Assembly: GCA_016715815.1 (NCBI GenBank)
Contig: JADJXN010000014.1
Coordinates: 171,767 to 235,766 of the forward strand
Origin: Oligoflexia bacterium
GTDB taxonomy: Bacteria > Bdellovibrionota > Bdellovibrionia > JABDDW01
Direction: 5' to 3'
DNA: 64,000 nucleotides
The translations under genes were made by a program, and so were the position numbers. The notes beneath the pieces were generated by a model that saw only the letters and a list, made by a program, of their open reading frames with translations, had not been told where the DNA came from and searched no databases. Shown in pieces: positions 20,169-30,317 of the stretch (the stretch's first letter is position 1; each line of letters opens with the position of its first letter).

Positions 20169-23100
20169 TTGAAAATAAAAAAGCTAGAGCTTTTAGGCTT
20201 TAAGAGCTTTAAAGATAAAACAGTCATTAATTTTGACCACGGCATAACTGGCATTGTGGGCCCTAATGGCTGCGGAAAATCAAATATTGTTGATGCGCTT
20301 TTATGGGTTATGGGTGAGCAAAGCGCAAAGCATTTACGCGGTTCTTCCATGGAAGATGTTATCTTTAGTGGTAGTCAAAACTTTGCACCGCTTGGTATGG
20401 CAGAGGTTTCTTTAACCTTAGAAAATGACGGTGGGCCCTTCCCGGCAAAATGGGCTAAAAACACAGAGCTTATGATTACTCGCCGCCTTCACCGAAGTGG
20501 TGAGAGCGAGTATTTTATTAACAAAGAAGAAGCAAGGCTTAAAGATATTGTAGATATTTTTATGGATACCGGCGCTGGCTCAAAAGGGTTTTCCATTATT
20601 GAGCAAGGCCAAATCGGAAAAATTATTACAGCAAAGCCAGAAGATCGCCGCACTCTTATTGAAGAAGCTGCAGGGATTACAAAATTTAAAGTTAGAAAGC
20701 GTGAATCACAAAGAAAGCTAGAAAGCACTGAGCAAAATTTAGTGCGCTTAAACGATATTATTGGTGAGCTTAAACGCCAGTTAGAGAGCCTACAAAGACA
20801 AGCCAAAAGAGCAGAGCGCTATAAAGAAATTAAAACCCAAGCACAGGATTTAGATTTATGGATAAGTGCTAAAAAATATGAAGAGCTATCCGTATTGGCC
20901 CAACAATTAACTTCAAGTCTTGAAGAAAAAAAATTATCTGAGCAAGAAGCGCAAACACGATTAGCCACACTCACAGCAGATCTTCAAAATTTAAAGTTAG
21001 AGCTTTTAGAACATGAGAGAAAAGTAACAGCAGAGCAGGGCGCTTTTTTTGAACTACAATCAGAAATCCAACGTAAAGAATCAGATATTAAACTTCTTAA
21101 TTTTGAAATTGAATCTACAAAAAGAAATGAAGAGGTTACTAGGACCTTACAGGCTGAGGTTAATGCAAGAGAAGAAATTTTATCAAGAGACCTTGATCAA
21201 ACAAAAGCTCAATTAACTCATGCAACTGAAGAGCTAGAAACATTACAAAAAGATTCTTTAACAAAAACAGAAAAAAGCTTACAGGCCCAACTAGATGCCA
21301 ATCAAATTGATGAAAATATCACGCAAAATAGACGGGAATTAATTTCTTCAACACAAAGTTTAACAGCAGTTGAAGTTAAAAAGGCAGCACTGACTCAACA
21401 AAATTCAGATTTAAAATCAAGATTAGAGTCTTTAACAGCAGTTTATGAAGAGCTTCGCTCAAAAGATCAAGAATTTATGCAAGCACGCACCAAGGCTTAC
21501 AACGCTCTTGAGAGCCAACGTCAAATGCAGCTTTCCATCATGAAGGATGTAGAAAACTTCCAAGAGAATTTAAATAACCTTAAAGAAGAGGTTTCTCAAA
21601 AGCGAAACCTTGTAGAATCTTTAAAAGATGAACACAACAAAGTTGCAAGCCGCCTTTATGGGCTTGAGGCTGTGAGTTCTAATTTTGAAGGCCTTCAAGA
21701 GGGTGTAAGAAACGTAATGATGTGGCAGCGTGAAAGGCTGCAACCCCTTGCTGATGGCGGTTTTGAGCTTGTTGCCGATGTGATTGAAGTACCCCGTGAG
21801 TATGAGTTAGCCATGGAAGCAGCCCTTGGGGATAGGCTTCAAACTGTTTTATCAATGGAACATTCTAGATCCTTAAGAGCTGTAGATATTTTAAAAGAGA
21901 AAAAGGGTGGAAGAGGACATTTTTTAAGCGCTGATCTTTTAAATGAGCGCCCAGAAGAACTAAATACTCAACTTGTTGGTGAGCAAGGAGTACGGGGGCT
22001 ATTAACAGATTTAGTAAAATGTCCTGATAGGCATCAAAAAGTTTTAGCACAAATTATGGACGGCGTTGTAGTTGTTGACTCACTTCGCACAGCCCTTAAG
22101 CTTCGTAGCCAATATAGTGGTTACACTTTTGTCACAGCCGAGGGCGATGTACTAAACCGTGATGGAAGCCTCACCGGCGGTAGTAGCGAGAGTGCAGATT
22201 CAGGAATATTAAGAACAAAAAGAGAAATTAAAGAGTTAAGTCTTTTGCGTGATGAAGCCTCAGGGAAATTGGCGCTTGCCATTGCTACTTTAGAAAAAGT
22301 TGAACAAAAACTAGCAAGTGTCAGTAAAGATTTAGAAGCTGCTCAAAAACAAAGCTTTGAGCAGGAAATCCTCATTCATGACCGCAAAAAAGATTTAGAG
22401 CGAGCTGAGTTTGAATTAAAAAATGTCAGCGAGGCTCTTAAGCGCCAAGTAAGAGAAGTAGAAGTGGTTCAAAACCAACTTAATGTGGTGAGTGAGCAGT
22501 TATTAATCTGTGAAACCACTATTAATGATTTAAATACCAAAAAAATCCAGTTAGAAGGCCAAATTGCTCAAAATGAGCAAATACTTTTAGGTTTAAAATC
22601 CCAGCTTAGCAATTTAAGTTTGCAAGCCACTGAAGCGCAAGTCAGAGTGGCTGCAAAAGAACAAGCCGTGGAGAGTTTAAAATCCCAACTGTCACGCTTA
22701 GAAGCATCAGTGGCAGATGTTCAGAACCAACTTTTAAGAATGAAAGATGATAGCGTTAAAAACTCAAGCACACTTGAAACACTTGTTGTGCAAGTGGAGC
22801 AAGCAAAAGCTGATTTTAATACAAAACTTGATGCCTTTAAGGCGGCAGATTTAAATCTTAAAGTCGTAAGAGATCAATTTGAAATTAAATCAAACCAAGT
22901 GCGTGAGCTTGAAATACAATCGGGCCAATTGCAATCAACTAAAAACACACTTCAAAATGAAATGGCGGATGCACAATTAAAGGCTTCTCAAGCAGATTTG
23001 AATAAAAAATATTTGGCAGATCAAATTTTAGAGCGCTACATGCTTTCAATGGATGATGTTGTGGTTCAATTTGCTAACCGTGAAGGTAACCTTGAAGAGG

Positions 23101-23735
23101 CACAAGCAACGCTGGATGATTTAAGAGACAAAATTAAAAAAATTGGCGAGGTTAATTTAACAGCCATTCAAGAATATGAAGAGCTTTCCACCCGTTATGA
23201 GTTTTTAACAAAGCAACAACAAGATTTGCTTGGCGCTATTGAAAGCCTAAGAAAAGTAATTGATAGAATTAACCGCATTTGCCACCGCCGCTTTAGAGAA
23301 ACCTTTGAGGCTGTGAATGAGCGCTTTAAAAAAGTTTTTCCAGTTTTATTTGGTGGTGGGGAAGCACAACTTATTTTGCTTGAAGACCCTGAATCAGGTG
23401 AGCCAGGGGTTGAAATTATGGCGCGTCCTCCAGGTAAAAAGCTTCAAAGTGTAACACTTTTATCAGGTGGCGAAAAAGCACTCACAGCAGTTAGTTTAAT
23501 TTTTGCCATTTTCCTATTTAAACCCTCACCATTTTGTCTTCTAGATGAGGTTGATGCTCCTTTAGATGATGCTAACGTTTATCGTTTCAATGACCTTGTT
23601 CGTGAAATGGCAAAACGCAGCCAAATTATTTTAGTAACACACAACAAACACACCATGGAAATTAATAACACTCTGTATGGTGTTACTATGGAAGACCCCG
23701 GCGTTTCCAAAATGGTTTCTGTAAAACTGAACTGA
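20169..23735 (+). CDS. smc: chromosome segregation protein SMC (TTG start)
   Basis: Walker A GPNGCGKSN, long coiled coils, hinge, signature LSGGEKALTAVSL, Walker B CLLDEVDAPLD. Confidence 0.9.
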   Translation: MKIKKLELLGFKSFKDKTVINFDHGITGIVGPNGCGKSNIVDALLWVMGEQSAKHLRGSSMEDVIFSGSQNFAPLGMAEVSLTLENDGGPFPAKWAKNTELMITRRLHRSGESEYFINKEEARLKDIVDIFMDTGAGSKGFSIIEQGQIGKIITAKPEDRRTLIEEAAGITKFKVRKRESQRKLESTEQNLVRLNDIIGELKRQLESLQRQAKRAERYKEIKTQAQDLDLWISAKKYEELSVLAQQLTSSLEEKKLSEQEAQTRLATLTADLQNLKLELLEHERKVTAEQGAFFELQSEIQRKESDIKLLNFEIESTKRNEEVTRTLQAEVNAREEILSRDLDQTKAQLTHATEELETLQKDSLTKTEKSLQAQLDANQIDENITQNRRELISSTQSLTAVEVKKAALTQQNSDLKSRLESLTAVYEELRSKDQEFMQARTKAYNALESQRQMQLSIMKDVENFQENLNNLKEEVSQKRNLVESLKDEHNKVASRLYGLEAVSSNFEGLQEGVRNVMMWQRERLQPLADGGFELVADVIEVPREYELAMEAALGDRLQTVLSMEHSRSLRAVDILKEKKGGRGHFLSADLLNERPEELNTQLVGEQGVRGLLTDLVKCPDRHQKVLAQIMDGVVVVDSLRTALKLRSQYSGYTFVTAEGDVLNRDGSLTGGSSESADSGILRTKREIKELSLLRDEASGKLALAIATLEKVEQKLASVSKDLEAAQKQSFEQEILIHDRKKDLERAEFELKNVSEALKRQVREVEVVQNQLNVVSEQLLICETTINDLNTKKIQLEGQIAQNEQILLGLKSQLSNLSLQATEAQVRVAAKEQAVESLKSQLSRLEASVADVQNQLLRMKDDSVKNSSTLETLVVQVEQAKADFNTKLDAFKAADLNLKVVRDQFEIKSNQVRELEIQSGQLQSTKNTLQNEMADAQLKASQADLNKKYLADQILERYMLSMDDVVVQFANREGNLEEAQATLDDLRDKIKKIGEVNLTAIQEYEELSTRYEFLTKQQQDLLGAIESLRKVIDRINRICHRRFRETFEAVNERFKKVFPVLFGGGEAQLILLEDPESGEPGVEIMARPPGKKLQSVTLLSGGEKALTAVSLIFAIFLFKPSPFCLLDEVDAPLDDANVYRFNDLVREMAKRSQIILVTHNKHTMEINNTLYGVTMEDPGVSKMVSVKLN

Positions 23736-23740
23736 TTTAT

Positions 23741-24760
23741 ATGGAATTCACTTTACAGGGTTTTACCCAAACACAACTCATAATGTTTGTTCTTTTGTTA
23801 GGGCTTTTATTTTTCAGCCTATTTTTTATTTTTAGGCTTAAAAAATCTTCATTAAAACAAGACAGCACTTCTTTAAAACCAAAGCCCCTTAGTCTTAAAA
23901 GCATACTTAACCAAAAATTAGATGAGCTTATTTTAAAAACAAAAACACTTGACCCCCAGTTTTTAGATTCCCTTGAGGAGCTTCTTTACACCAGTGATTT
24001 AGGCCCAAAAACAGTAGATAAGCTTTTAACTCATGTGCGTGCTGAACTATCTCGTGGAGAGCTTAAAGACCCATTAAAGGTTAAAACCATAATATCGCAA
24101 AAAATATTTGAAACTCTAAACGTCAATGTCCAATCCCAAATTAAAACAAAACCCCATGTTATTTTAATTGTAGGTGTTAACGGTGTTGGTAAAACCACAT
24201 CTATTGGAAAGCTAGCCTACCATTACAGCCAACAAGGTAAAAAAACAATGGTTGTAGCGGCAGACACATTTAGGGCTGCAGCTGGAGATCAGCTAAACAT
24301 TTGGGCAAAAAGGGCTGAGGTGAGTATTTATACATCAACTCAAACACAAGATCCTGCAGCAGTGGCCTACCAGGGCTTAGAAAAGGCAATAAAGGAGCAG
24401 TCAGATGTTGTGATTATTGATACTGCTGGGCGCCTTCATAACAAAGAAAATCTTATGGAAGAATTAAAAAAAGTAAAACGAGTTATTCAAAAGATTTTGC
24501 CTGAGGCTCCTCATCAGATCCTTCTTGTTATTGATGCCAATAGTGGTCAAAACGCTTTGGTACAAGCTCGCCAATTTAATGAGGCACTTAAACTTACAGG
24601 ACTTGTAGTCACAAAACTTGATGGCACTGCTAAAGGTGGAATTATTGTGGGCATTGCCGATGAGTTGGGCGTTTTGCCTAGTTATATTGGAGTAGGGGAA
24701 AAGATAACTGATTTTAAGATTTTTTCAGCACAAGAGTTTTCAAAGGCATTGATTTTCTAA
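23741..24760 (+). CDS. ftsY: signal recognition particle receptor FtsY
   Basis: NG domain motifs GVNGVGKTTS, DTAGR, TKLDGTAKGG. Confidence 0.9.
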   Translation: MEFTLQGFTQTQLIMFVLLLGLLFFSLFFIFRLKKSSLKQDSTSLKPKPLSLKSILNQKLDELILKTKTLDPQFLDSLEELLYTSDLGPKTVDKLLTHVRAELSRGELKDPLKVKTIISQKIFETLNVNVQSQIKTKPHVILIVGVNGVGKTTSIGKLAYHYSQQGKKTMVVAADTFRAAAGDQLNIWAKRAEVSIYTSTQTQDPAAVAYQGLEKAIKEQSDVVIIDTAGRLHNKENLMEELKKVKRVIQKILPEAPHQILLVIDANSGQNALVQARQFNEALKLTGLVVTKLDGTAKGGIIVGIADELGVLPSYIGVGEKITDFKIFSAQEFSKALIF

Positions 24761-24806
24761 GACGACTATTAGTATAAAAATAAATGTAAGGGAAAAGGGG
24801 TGCCAA

Positions 24807-25511
24807 ATGAAAAAACACAGCTTTTTATTTTTATTACCATTAGTTTTAGTAGCGGCATGCAAAAAAGAAATTTTTGGCCGCTTAGATGTGGCAAAGGAAT
24901 TTATTGTCAATAACCGTGTTGAAAAAGGTGGTTGGTTTTCTGATGATAAATATGAACTACAACCCGTGCCAGCAGGTAACTGGAAGGCAAGCCTAAAATT
25001 TGAAGATGATGTTAATGTTTGGCTTCTAATTGAAGATGGTTTTAGTAAAAAAGTTTCCCCCTTTAAACTCACTCAAGAGTTAAAAGATGCTTTTCAAAGT
25101 GAAACTGCAAATGGAGTTTATAATTTAAATAGCAAAGACTCTGGCCAACCATTAGATGTAAAAATAGATATTAAAACAAATGTTACCTATAGTGAGAGGC
25201 GCTGGGATAGAGAAACCTGCCAAGAATATGTGCCCTATCAGGTACAAGTTTGTAACACCAATCCCAATGGCCAAACAACGTGTCACTGGGAGACAAGATA
25301 CCACTACGTGCAAGGTGATAGAGAAGTTGAGTATTATTTAAAATGGGTTGATAAAAGCATTGCCACAGAATTTTTTGTAGCTACAAGAGAGGAAGCTGTA
25401 GCACGCATGCCGCTTCAGGATCGTGAACAATTTAAGATCACAACCTATCGTGGCCCTTGTCGTCTAGGTTATTATCCACCGTACCCAACATACCCACGGC
25501 AAAACTACTAA
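24807..25511 (+). CDS. hypothetical lipoprotein
   Basis: Lipobox LVLVAAC after signal peptide. Confidence 0.55.
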   Translation: MKKHSFLFLLPLVLVAACKKEIFGRLDVAKEFIVNNRVEKGGWFSDDKYELQPVPAGNWKASLKFEDDVNVWLLIEDGFSKKVSPFKLTQELKDAFQSETANGVYNLNSKDSGQPLDVKIDIKTNVTYSERRWDRETCQEYVPYQVQVCNTNPNGQTTCHWETRYHYVQGDREVEYYLKWVDKSIATEFFVATREEAVARMPLQDREQFKITTYRGPCRLGYYPPYPTYPRQNY

Positions 25512-25604
25512 CAAGAGAGAGTTTTAGTAGTTTACTTAGCTAAGTTCATACCTAAGTCGAGCTTTTAACTTAAGTAGGATTTTTAAAAAGTCGATAACTT
25601 ATGC

Positions 25605-27263
25605 ATGAACTTGTATGAGCATCTTGTGCTTTTATCTCTAGGTATCTGCTTTTTTATGTATGGAATGCAGCTTGCCGCTGACAATTTGCAAATTCTAATG
25701 GCAGAGCGCTTAAGACTCTTAATGGCTCAGCTCGCAAAACATAAAGTATTAGCCATTCTTAGTGGTATTCTCATTACCGTAATACTGCAGTCATCAGGTG
25801 CTGTCACTGTTATGCTTGTTAATTTAGCTAGTGCAGGGGTTGTAACCCTTCAGCAAGTTATGGGTGTAATAGTTGGAACCGCTGTTGGTACAACGGTAAC
25901 TGTGCAGCTTATTAGTTTTAAAATTACACAATACGCTCCCTATTTTTTAATTTTTGGTTTTTGCTTCTACTTCTTTCCAAATAAAAAACGCCTTAAAGAA
26001 ATTGGTAGTGTGTTCTTTGGTTTTGGTCTTATTTTTTACGGCCTACTTTTAATGGGAAGATCTGTTGAAGATGTTAAGCAAATAACAGAATTTCAAAATG
26101 TATTTAAATATCTTTCAGAAAATCCGTTTGTTGCCTTTATAGCAACTACCATTTTTACCTCTTTCATACATTCAAGTGCAGTCACTGTGGGTTTAGCAAT
26201 GACCCTTGTTGCGGGGGGAGTTATTTCTCTTCTTGATAGTATGTACTGGGTGGCAGGTGCTAATCTTGGAACCACCTCTACAGCACTTCTTGCAAGTTTT
26301 AACTCTAAGCATGCAGGTCGCCTTGTGGCTTGGGCTCACTTTTTTTACAAAGCTGCAAGTGTTGTGGTTTTTTTAATATTCGCTAAGCCCTTTGAAGGCT
26401 TAATGCTTCAATTAACATCTCAGCCAACACATCAAGTAGCAAACTCGCACACGTTGTTTAATATTTTTTCTGCTATTGTTTTTTACCCTTTTATTAATCT
26501 GGGCTCTACTATTATTGAAAAAATATTCCCTAAACCCACAAGTGAAAAAGAATTTGGTGCTAAATATTTAGACGTTAAAGCCTTTTCAGAGCCACACTTG
26601 GCTTATGCTAATGCTGTAAGAGAGCTTTTAAGAATGGTAGATTACACCTATGAAATGGTAAAGCTTTCTATTACAAGTTTTGAAAGAGATAGTCTTGATT
26701 TAATTGATGAAATTAAAAACATAGATAAAAAAGTAGACACCCTTAACCGCGAAATAAAACTATACTTAATAAGACTTGCTGATGAAAGTCTATCCAAAGC
26801 ACAAAAAACACGAGTTGTTAGCATGATAGCCCTTGTCAGTGACATTGAAAATATAGGGGATGTTATAGATAAAAATGTCTTAGTACTTGCAAGGAAAAAA
26901 TATAACCTCAAACTCACTTTTAGTGACCAAGGGTGGAGTGATGTTAAACTTTTCCATGAAAAGGTAATTAAAAACTTTGAAATGGCTGTTTCAGCTTTTA
27001 GCCTTGCTAGCCGAGAGCTTGCAGAAAAAGTTATTCAAAATAAGCATGAGATTAGAGTGCTTGAGCAAAAAATGCGCGAGGCACACATCCAAAGGCTTCA
27101 TTTAAAATTTCAGGAATCTTTTAACACTAGTAATATTCATCTTGATTTACTTTCAGCCTATAGAAGAGTGAATAGCTATGTTTGTAACCTTGCGTACCCA
27201 GTGCTCTTTTCAGATCCAAAATCTTTTGAAAGTGACATGGTCAAAACTAAATTCGAATCCTAA
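25605..27263 (+). CDS. Na+/phosphate cotransporter family protein with C-terminal PhoU-like domain
   Basis: Duplicated membrane repeat (QSSGAVTV / HSSAVTVG) and C-terminal helical PhoU-like region. Confidence 0.7.
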   Translation: MNLYEHLVLLSLGICFFMYGMQLAADNLQILMAERLRLLMAQLAKHKVLAILSGILITVILQSSGAVTVMLVNLASAGVVTLQQVMGVIVGTAVGTTVTVQLISFKITQYAPYFLIFGFCFYFFPNKKRLKEIGSVFFGFGLIFYGLLLMGRSVEDVKQITEFQNVFKYLSENPFVAFIATTIFTSFIHSSAVTVGLAMTLVAGGVISLLDSMYWVAGANLGTTSTALLASFNSKHAGRLVAWAHFFYKAASVVVFLIFAKPFEGLMLQLTSQPTHQVANSHTLFNIFSAIVFYPFINLGSTIIEKIFPKPTSEKEFGAKYLDVKAFSEPHLAYANAVRELLRMVDYTYEMVKLSITSFERDSLDLIDEIKNIDKKVDTLNREIKLYLIRLADESLSKAQKTRVVSMIALVSDIENIGDVIDKNVLVLARKKYNLKLTFSDQGWSDVKLFHEKVIKNFEMAVSAFSLASRELAEKVIQNKHEIRVLEQKMREAHIQRLHLKFQESFNTSNIHLDLLSAYRRVNSYVCNLAYPVLFSDPKSFESDMVKTKFES

Positions 27264-27423
27264 TCGTCTTAAATTATCTTAAAACTTAAAAAATTAATTA
27301 CTTATCTTAAATAATTATTATATGTAACTCAGTCATTGTACCCGCCTAAGTAGAATACAATGAAGCTTAATTGGAATAGCCCATGCAATTGCCCAATTTG
27401 GGTAAAAAACATAAGGGGGGAAT

Positions 27424-29079
27424 ATGATTAAGGGGTTAATCATTTATTTAATGCTCACAGTCTCTGTGAGTACATTTGCTCAAGCAAAAGATCTCAAAGA
27501 CTATTGGGAAGAAACAAAATTAAGTGCCACAGCTTTAAAGCATTTAATAAACAATGACAACTGCTACCAATCTGAAGACCAATACTTGGCTTGTTTGGCA
27601 GCTATACAAAAAATGGCTGAGGCTGAATTTAGCCAAGCATCTTTTGTAACAGGAACCTATTTATCAAGGCATTGGTTGGACTTGGTTTCAGTTGTAAAAA
27701 TGTGGCCAGGCATTAGCCTTATTCAGCCCGCCGAGATTGATAGAACAAAGGGTAAGATTAAAACCTGGCGTGAATTAAAAGCTCAAAAAACTGAAATAAA
27801 CAAAAGCTTTTTAGAATATTACAAATCTAATAGAAAAATAAACTTCCAAACTATTCATGACTACTTTTTGCCTCTGATAACTAAACATGAAATGCATAAG
27901 TATAAAGTAGCAGCAATTATTAATGCTTATAACGGCGTTATTTTTGACCCACATACCTACATTATTCCATTAAAGTTTTATGAAGATAGACAAAAAGCTA
28001 AAGAAACAAAGTTTTCTGGTGTGGGCATAATGTATGAAACTTTGGAAGGGAAACTTTATATTAAGAGGGTCCTTCCCAATAGCCCTGCAGCAAAAGCGGG
28101 AATTAAACCTAAAGATATTGTGACTCAATTAAATGAGTTATCAACGGGGGAGCTTTTTCAAACTGAAATTTCAGGAAAAATCAGAGGGCCCGAGGGAACT
28201 GAAATTGAGCTCACAATTGAACGACAAGAAACTCAGCTTAAGTTAAAAGTTACCAGAGGTGCTGTAGCGTACCCAAATGTGACGGTAAAAAAATATTCTG
28301 ACTACGGTTACATAGCGCTTGAAAACTTTGCAGATGATTCAGGTTGCTCAACTATGGCAGAGGCAATAAAAACTTTTGAGACTCAAAAAGTAAAAGGACT
28401 TGTTTTTGATCTTCGCGGTAATGGTGGGGGAATGATCTCCCAAGCAAACTGTATTATTGGTCTTTTTATAGGTAAAGGTAAAGTAGCTTATAAAGAAAGA
28501 TACTTAGATGAAAACAGTGACTTTAAAGAGTACAAAACTGAAAATGAAAAAGTAACTGATTTACCGCTAACAGTGCTTATTGATGGTAACTCAGCTAGTG
28601 CTTCTGAACTTGTGGCAATTGCTCTTCAAGATTACAAGCGTGGCTGGGTCTTGGGGGAGAGAAGTTTTGGTAAAGGTACAACGCAATCTGGTTTAGGCTT
28701 TATGTTAGCAGAAGAGGATATGCCTGTTACAGGCTTTCCTTTGCTAGCCTCCGTCAGTGGTATTTTAATGTTTACAACTCAATCTAAATTTTATTCTCCA
28801 AATGGATACACTAATCAGTTGGCAACTGTTGTGCCAGATTTTGAAGTGCCAACTTTTGAAAATGCCACAGAGGAAGACCGTTTTTATTTAAGGGAAGCTG
28901 ACCTTTATGCAAACGCCTTAAAAACAGACAACGAGCCTCGAAGTACTTTAAGGCCAGAAGAAGTGTCTAAGTTAAAACTTTGTTTAGAACCTAACATGAA
29001 AAACAATAAAAACTTATTTGATGAGGATTATCAAATCACCTACGCAGTGGAACTGCTAAAATGTGATGAGGCTATTTAA
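27424..29079 (+). CDS. S41-family C-terminal processing peptidase with PDZ domain
   Basis: Signal peptide; PDZ-like GIKPKDIV; S41 motif DLRGNGGG; catalytic Ser-region FGKGTTQS. Confidence 0.8.
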   Translation: MIKGLIIYLMLTVSVSTFAQAKDLKDYWEETKLSATALKHLINNDNCYQSEDQYLACLAAIQKMAEAEFSQASFVTGTYLSRHWLDLVSVVKMWPGISLIQPAEIDRTKGKIKTWRELKAQKTEINKSFLEYYKSNRKINFQTIHDYFLPLITKHEMHKYKVAAIINAYNGVIFDPHTYIIPLKFYEDRQKAKETKFSGVGIMYETLEGKLYIKRVLPNSPAAKAGIKPKDIVTQLNELSTGELFQTEISGKIRGPEGTEIELTIERQETQLKLKVTRGAVAYPNVTVKKYSDYGYIALENFADDSGCSTMAEAIKTFETQKVKGLVFDLRGNGGGMISQANCIIGLFIGKGKVAYKERYLDENSDFKEYKTENEKVTDLPLTVLIDGNSASASELVAIALQDYKRGWVLGERSFGKGTTQSGLGFMLAEEDMPVTGFPLLASVSGILMFTTQSKFYSPNGYTNQLATVVPDFEVPTFENATEEDRFYLREADLYANALKTDNEPRSTLRPEEVSKLKLCLEPNMKNNKNLFDEDYQITYAVELLKCDEAI

Positions 29080-29081
29080 GA

Positions 29082-30317
29082 ATGTTTAAAAAACTAGCGT
29101 TAATTTTATTAAGTATACTTTTATTTAATTCCAATGCTTCTTGGGCTACTGTTAATAAAAAATGTAATGTTTTATTTAGCATGTTTAACGTTCAAAATTT
29201 TATAAAACCGGATCCAACAGCATCAAATAAAAGTGTGCCCAAAGATGAAGCTAATCTTATTGCTAAAGCACAAAACCTTTCAAAGGCCATAGCAAAGTTA
29301 AATAAAAACAAAGGCCCTGATTTTATGGGCTTTGCTGAGATTGGTGGGCTTGAACATCTCCAATTATTACTTGAGCAGCCTGAAATGAAAAAGCGTGGTT
29401 ACAAGTATGTGGCTGTAAATGAAATTGATGCTGAAACCTCTCAGGCAAAAAGAATCATTCGTGTGGGATTTATTAGTAAGCTTAAAATTTTAAAAAAACC
29501 TAAGTCCCATGTTTATTGGGATCAAACGGATCCGCTTTGGGGAAATAGTAAATCAAGACCCATTTTAGAAGTTGTGCTTGAAATGCCAAATGGTGAGCCA
29601 GTGATTGTTTTTATTAATCATTGGGCCAGTAAACTTAAAGGTCAGTGGTCCATGTTAAGAAGGTATCAGGCAGGAGTATTTTTAAGAGAAAAGGTAGAAA
29701 AAATTCTAAATAAAAACCCAGATGCAAATATTATGATCATGGGAGATTTTAATACAGATCCTTCTTCAGTGGAAATTTTAACAGGCCTTCGTGCAACTCC
29801 AAACCCGGCGGATCCAGGATCTTCATACATAATAAATGAGAAGGAACTTTTATATAATCTGCATGATACTTTGGGCTCAAGGCGAGCTGACACAAAAGCC
29901 TTTAAGAAAAGATATCCGGAGGCCACAGGTGAGCAGTGGAAAAAGTTTTATGAAAAACTGGGCCGTAAATATGGCACTTACTATGACAGCACCAACCAAG
30001 TGTGGATGAATTTTAGGTTTGATATTTATAAATTCAGAGAAAAAAATCCTAATGCCACAAAAAAGGAGCTAGAAAACTTTTATGCAGATTTAGCAGAAAA
30101 ATATGCGGAAAACGTAGCCTCTAAACAAAACAATTGGGATGTTTTAGATCAAATTTTAGTTTCTAAAAACATGCTTCTTTATTTAGTAGAGAAAAGCTAC
30201 AAGCCCGTTCACACAAAACCATTTACAGATACCAAAGGGCACCCCAATGAATTTAACAATAAAACTAACAAAGGTCTTTCAGACCATTTACCCATTATTG
30301 TTGAATTTAGTTTTTAA
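29082..30317 (+). CDS. secreted endonuclease/exonuclease/phosphatase (EEP) family hydrolase
   Basis: Signal peptide; EEP-like motifs IMIMGDFNTDP and C-terminal SDHLPIIVEF. Confidence 0.65.
   Translation: MFKKLALILLSILLFNSNASWATVNKKCNVLFSMFNVQNFIKPDPTASNKSVPKDEANLIAKAQNLSKAIAKLNKNKGPDFMGFAEIGGLEHLQLLLEQPEMKKRGYKYVAVNEIDAETSQAKRIIRVGFISKLKILKKPKSHVYWDQTDPLWGNSKSRPILEVVLEMPNGEPVIVFINHWASKLKGQWSMLRRYQAGVFLREKVEKILNKNPDANIMIMGDFNTDPSSVEILTGLRATPNPADPGSSYIINEKELLYNLHDTLGSRRADTKAFKKRYPEATGEQWKKFYEKLGRKYGTYYDSTNQVWMNFRFDIYKFREKNPNATKKELENFYADLAEKYAENVASKQNNWDVLDQILVSKNMLLYLVEKSYKPVHTKPFTDTKGHPNEFNNKTNKGLSDHLPIIVEFSF

Noticed and set aside
569-20350. Short ORFs in the track lying antisense inside large genes (e.g. 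569..772, 2329..2514, 3081..3266, 4083..4289, 5159..5534, 10971..11192, 12738..12932, 16520..17024, 17697..19309, 20114..20806)
   Set aside because: Each is fully embedded antisense in a well-supported gene (MoxR, Bat genes, slt, mltD, glyQS, ppdK, smc), has no RBS or motif and a biased composition typical of antisense frames; treated as spurious.
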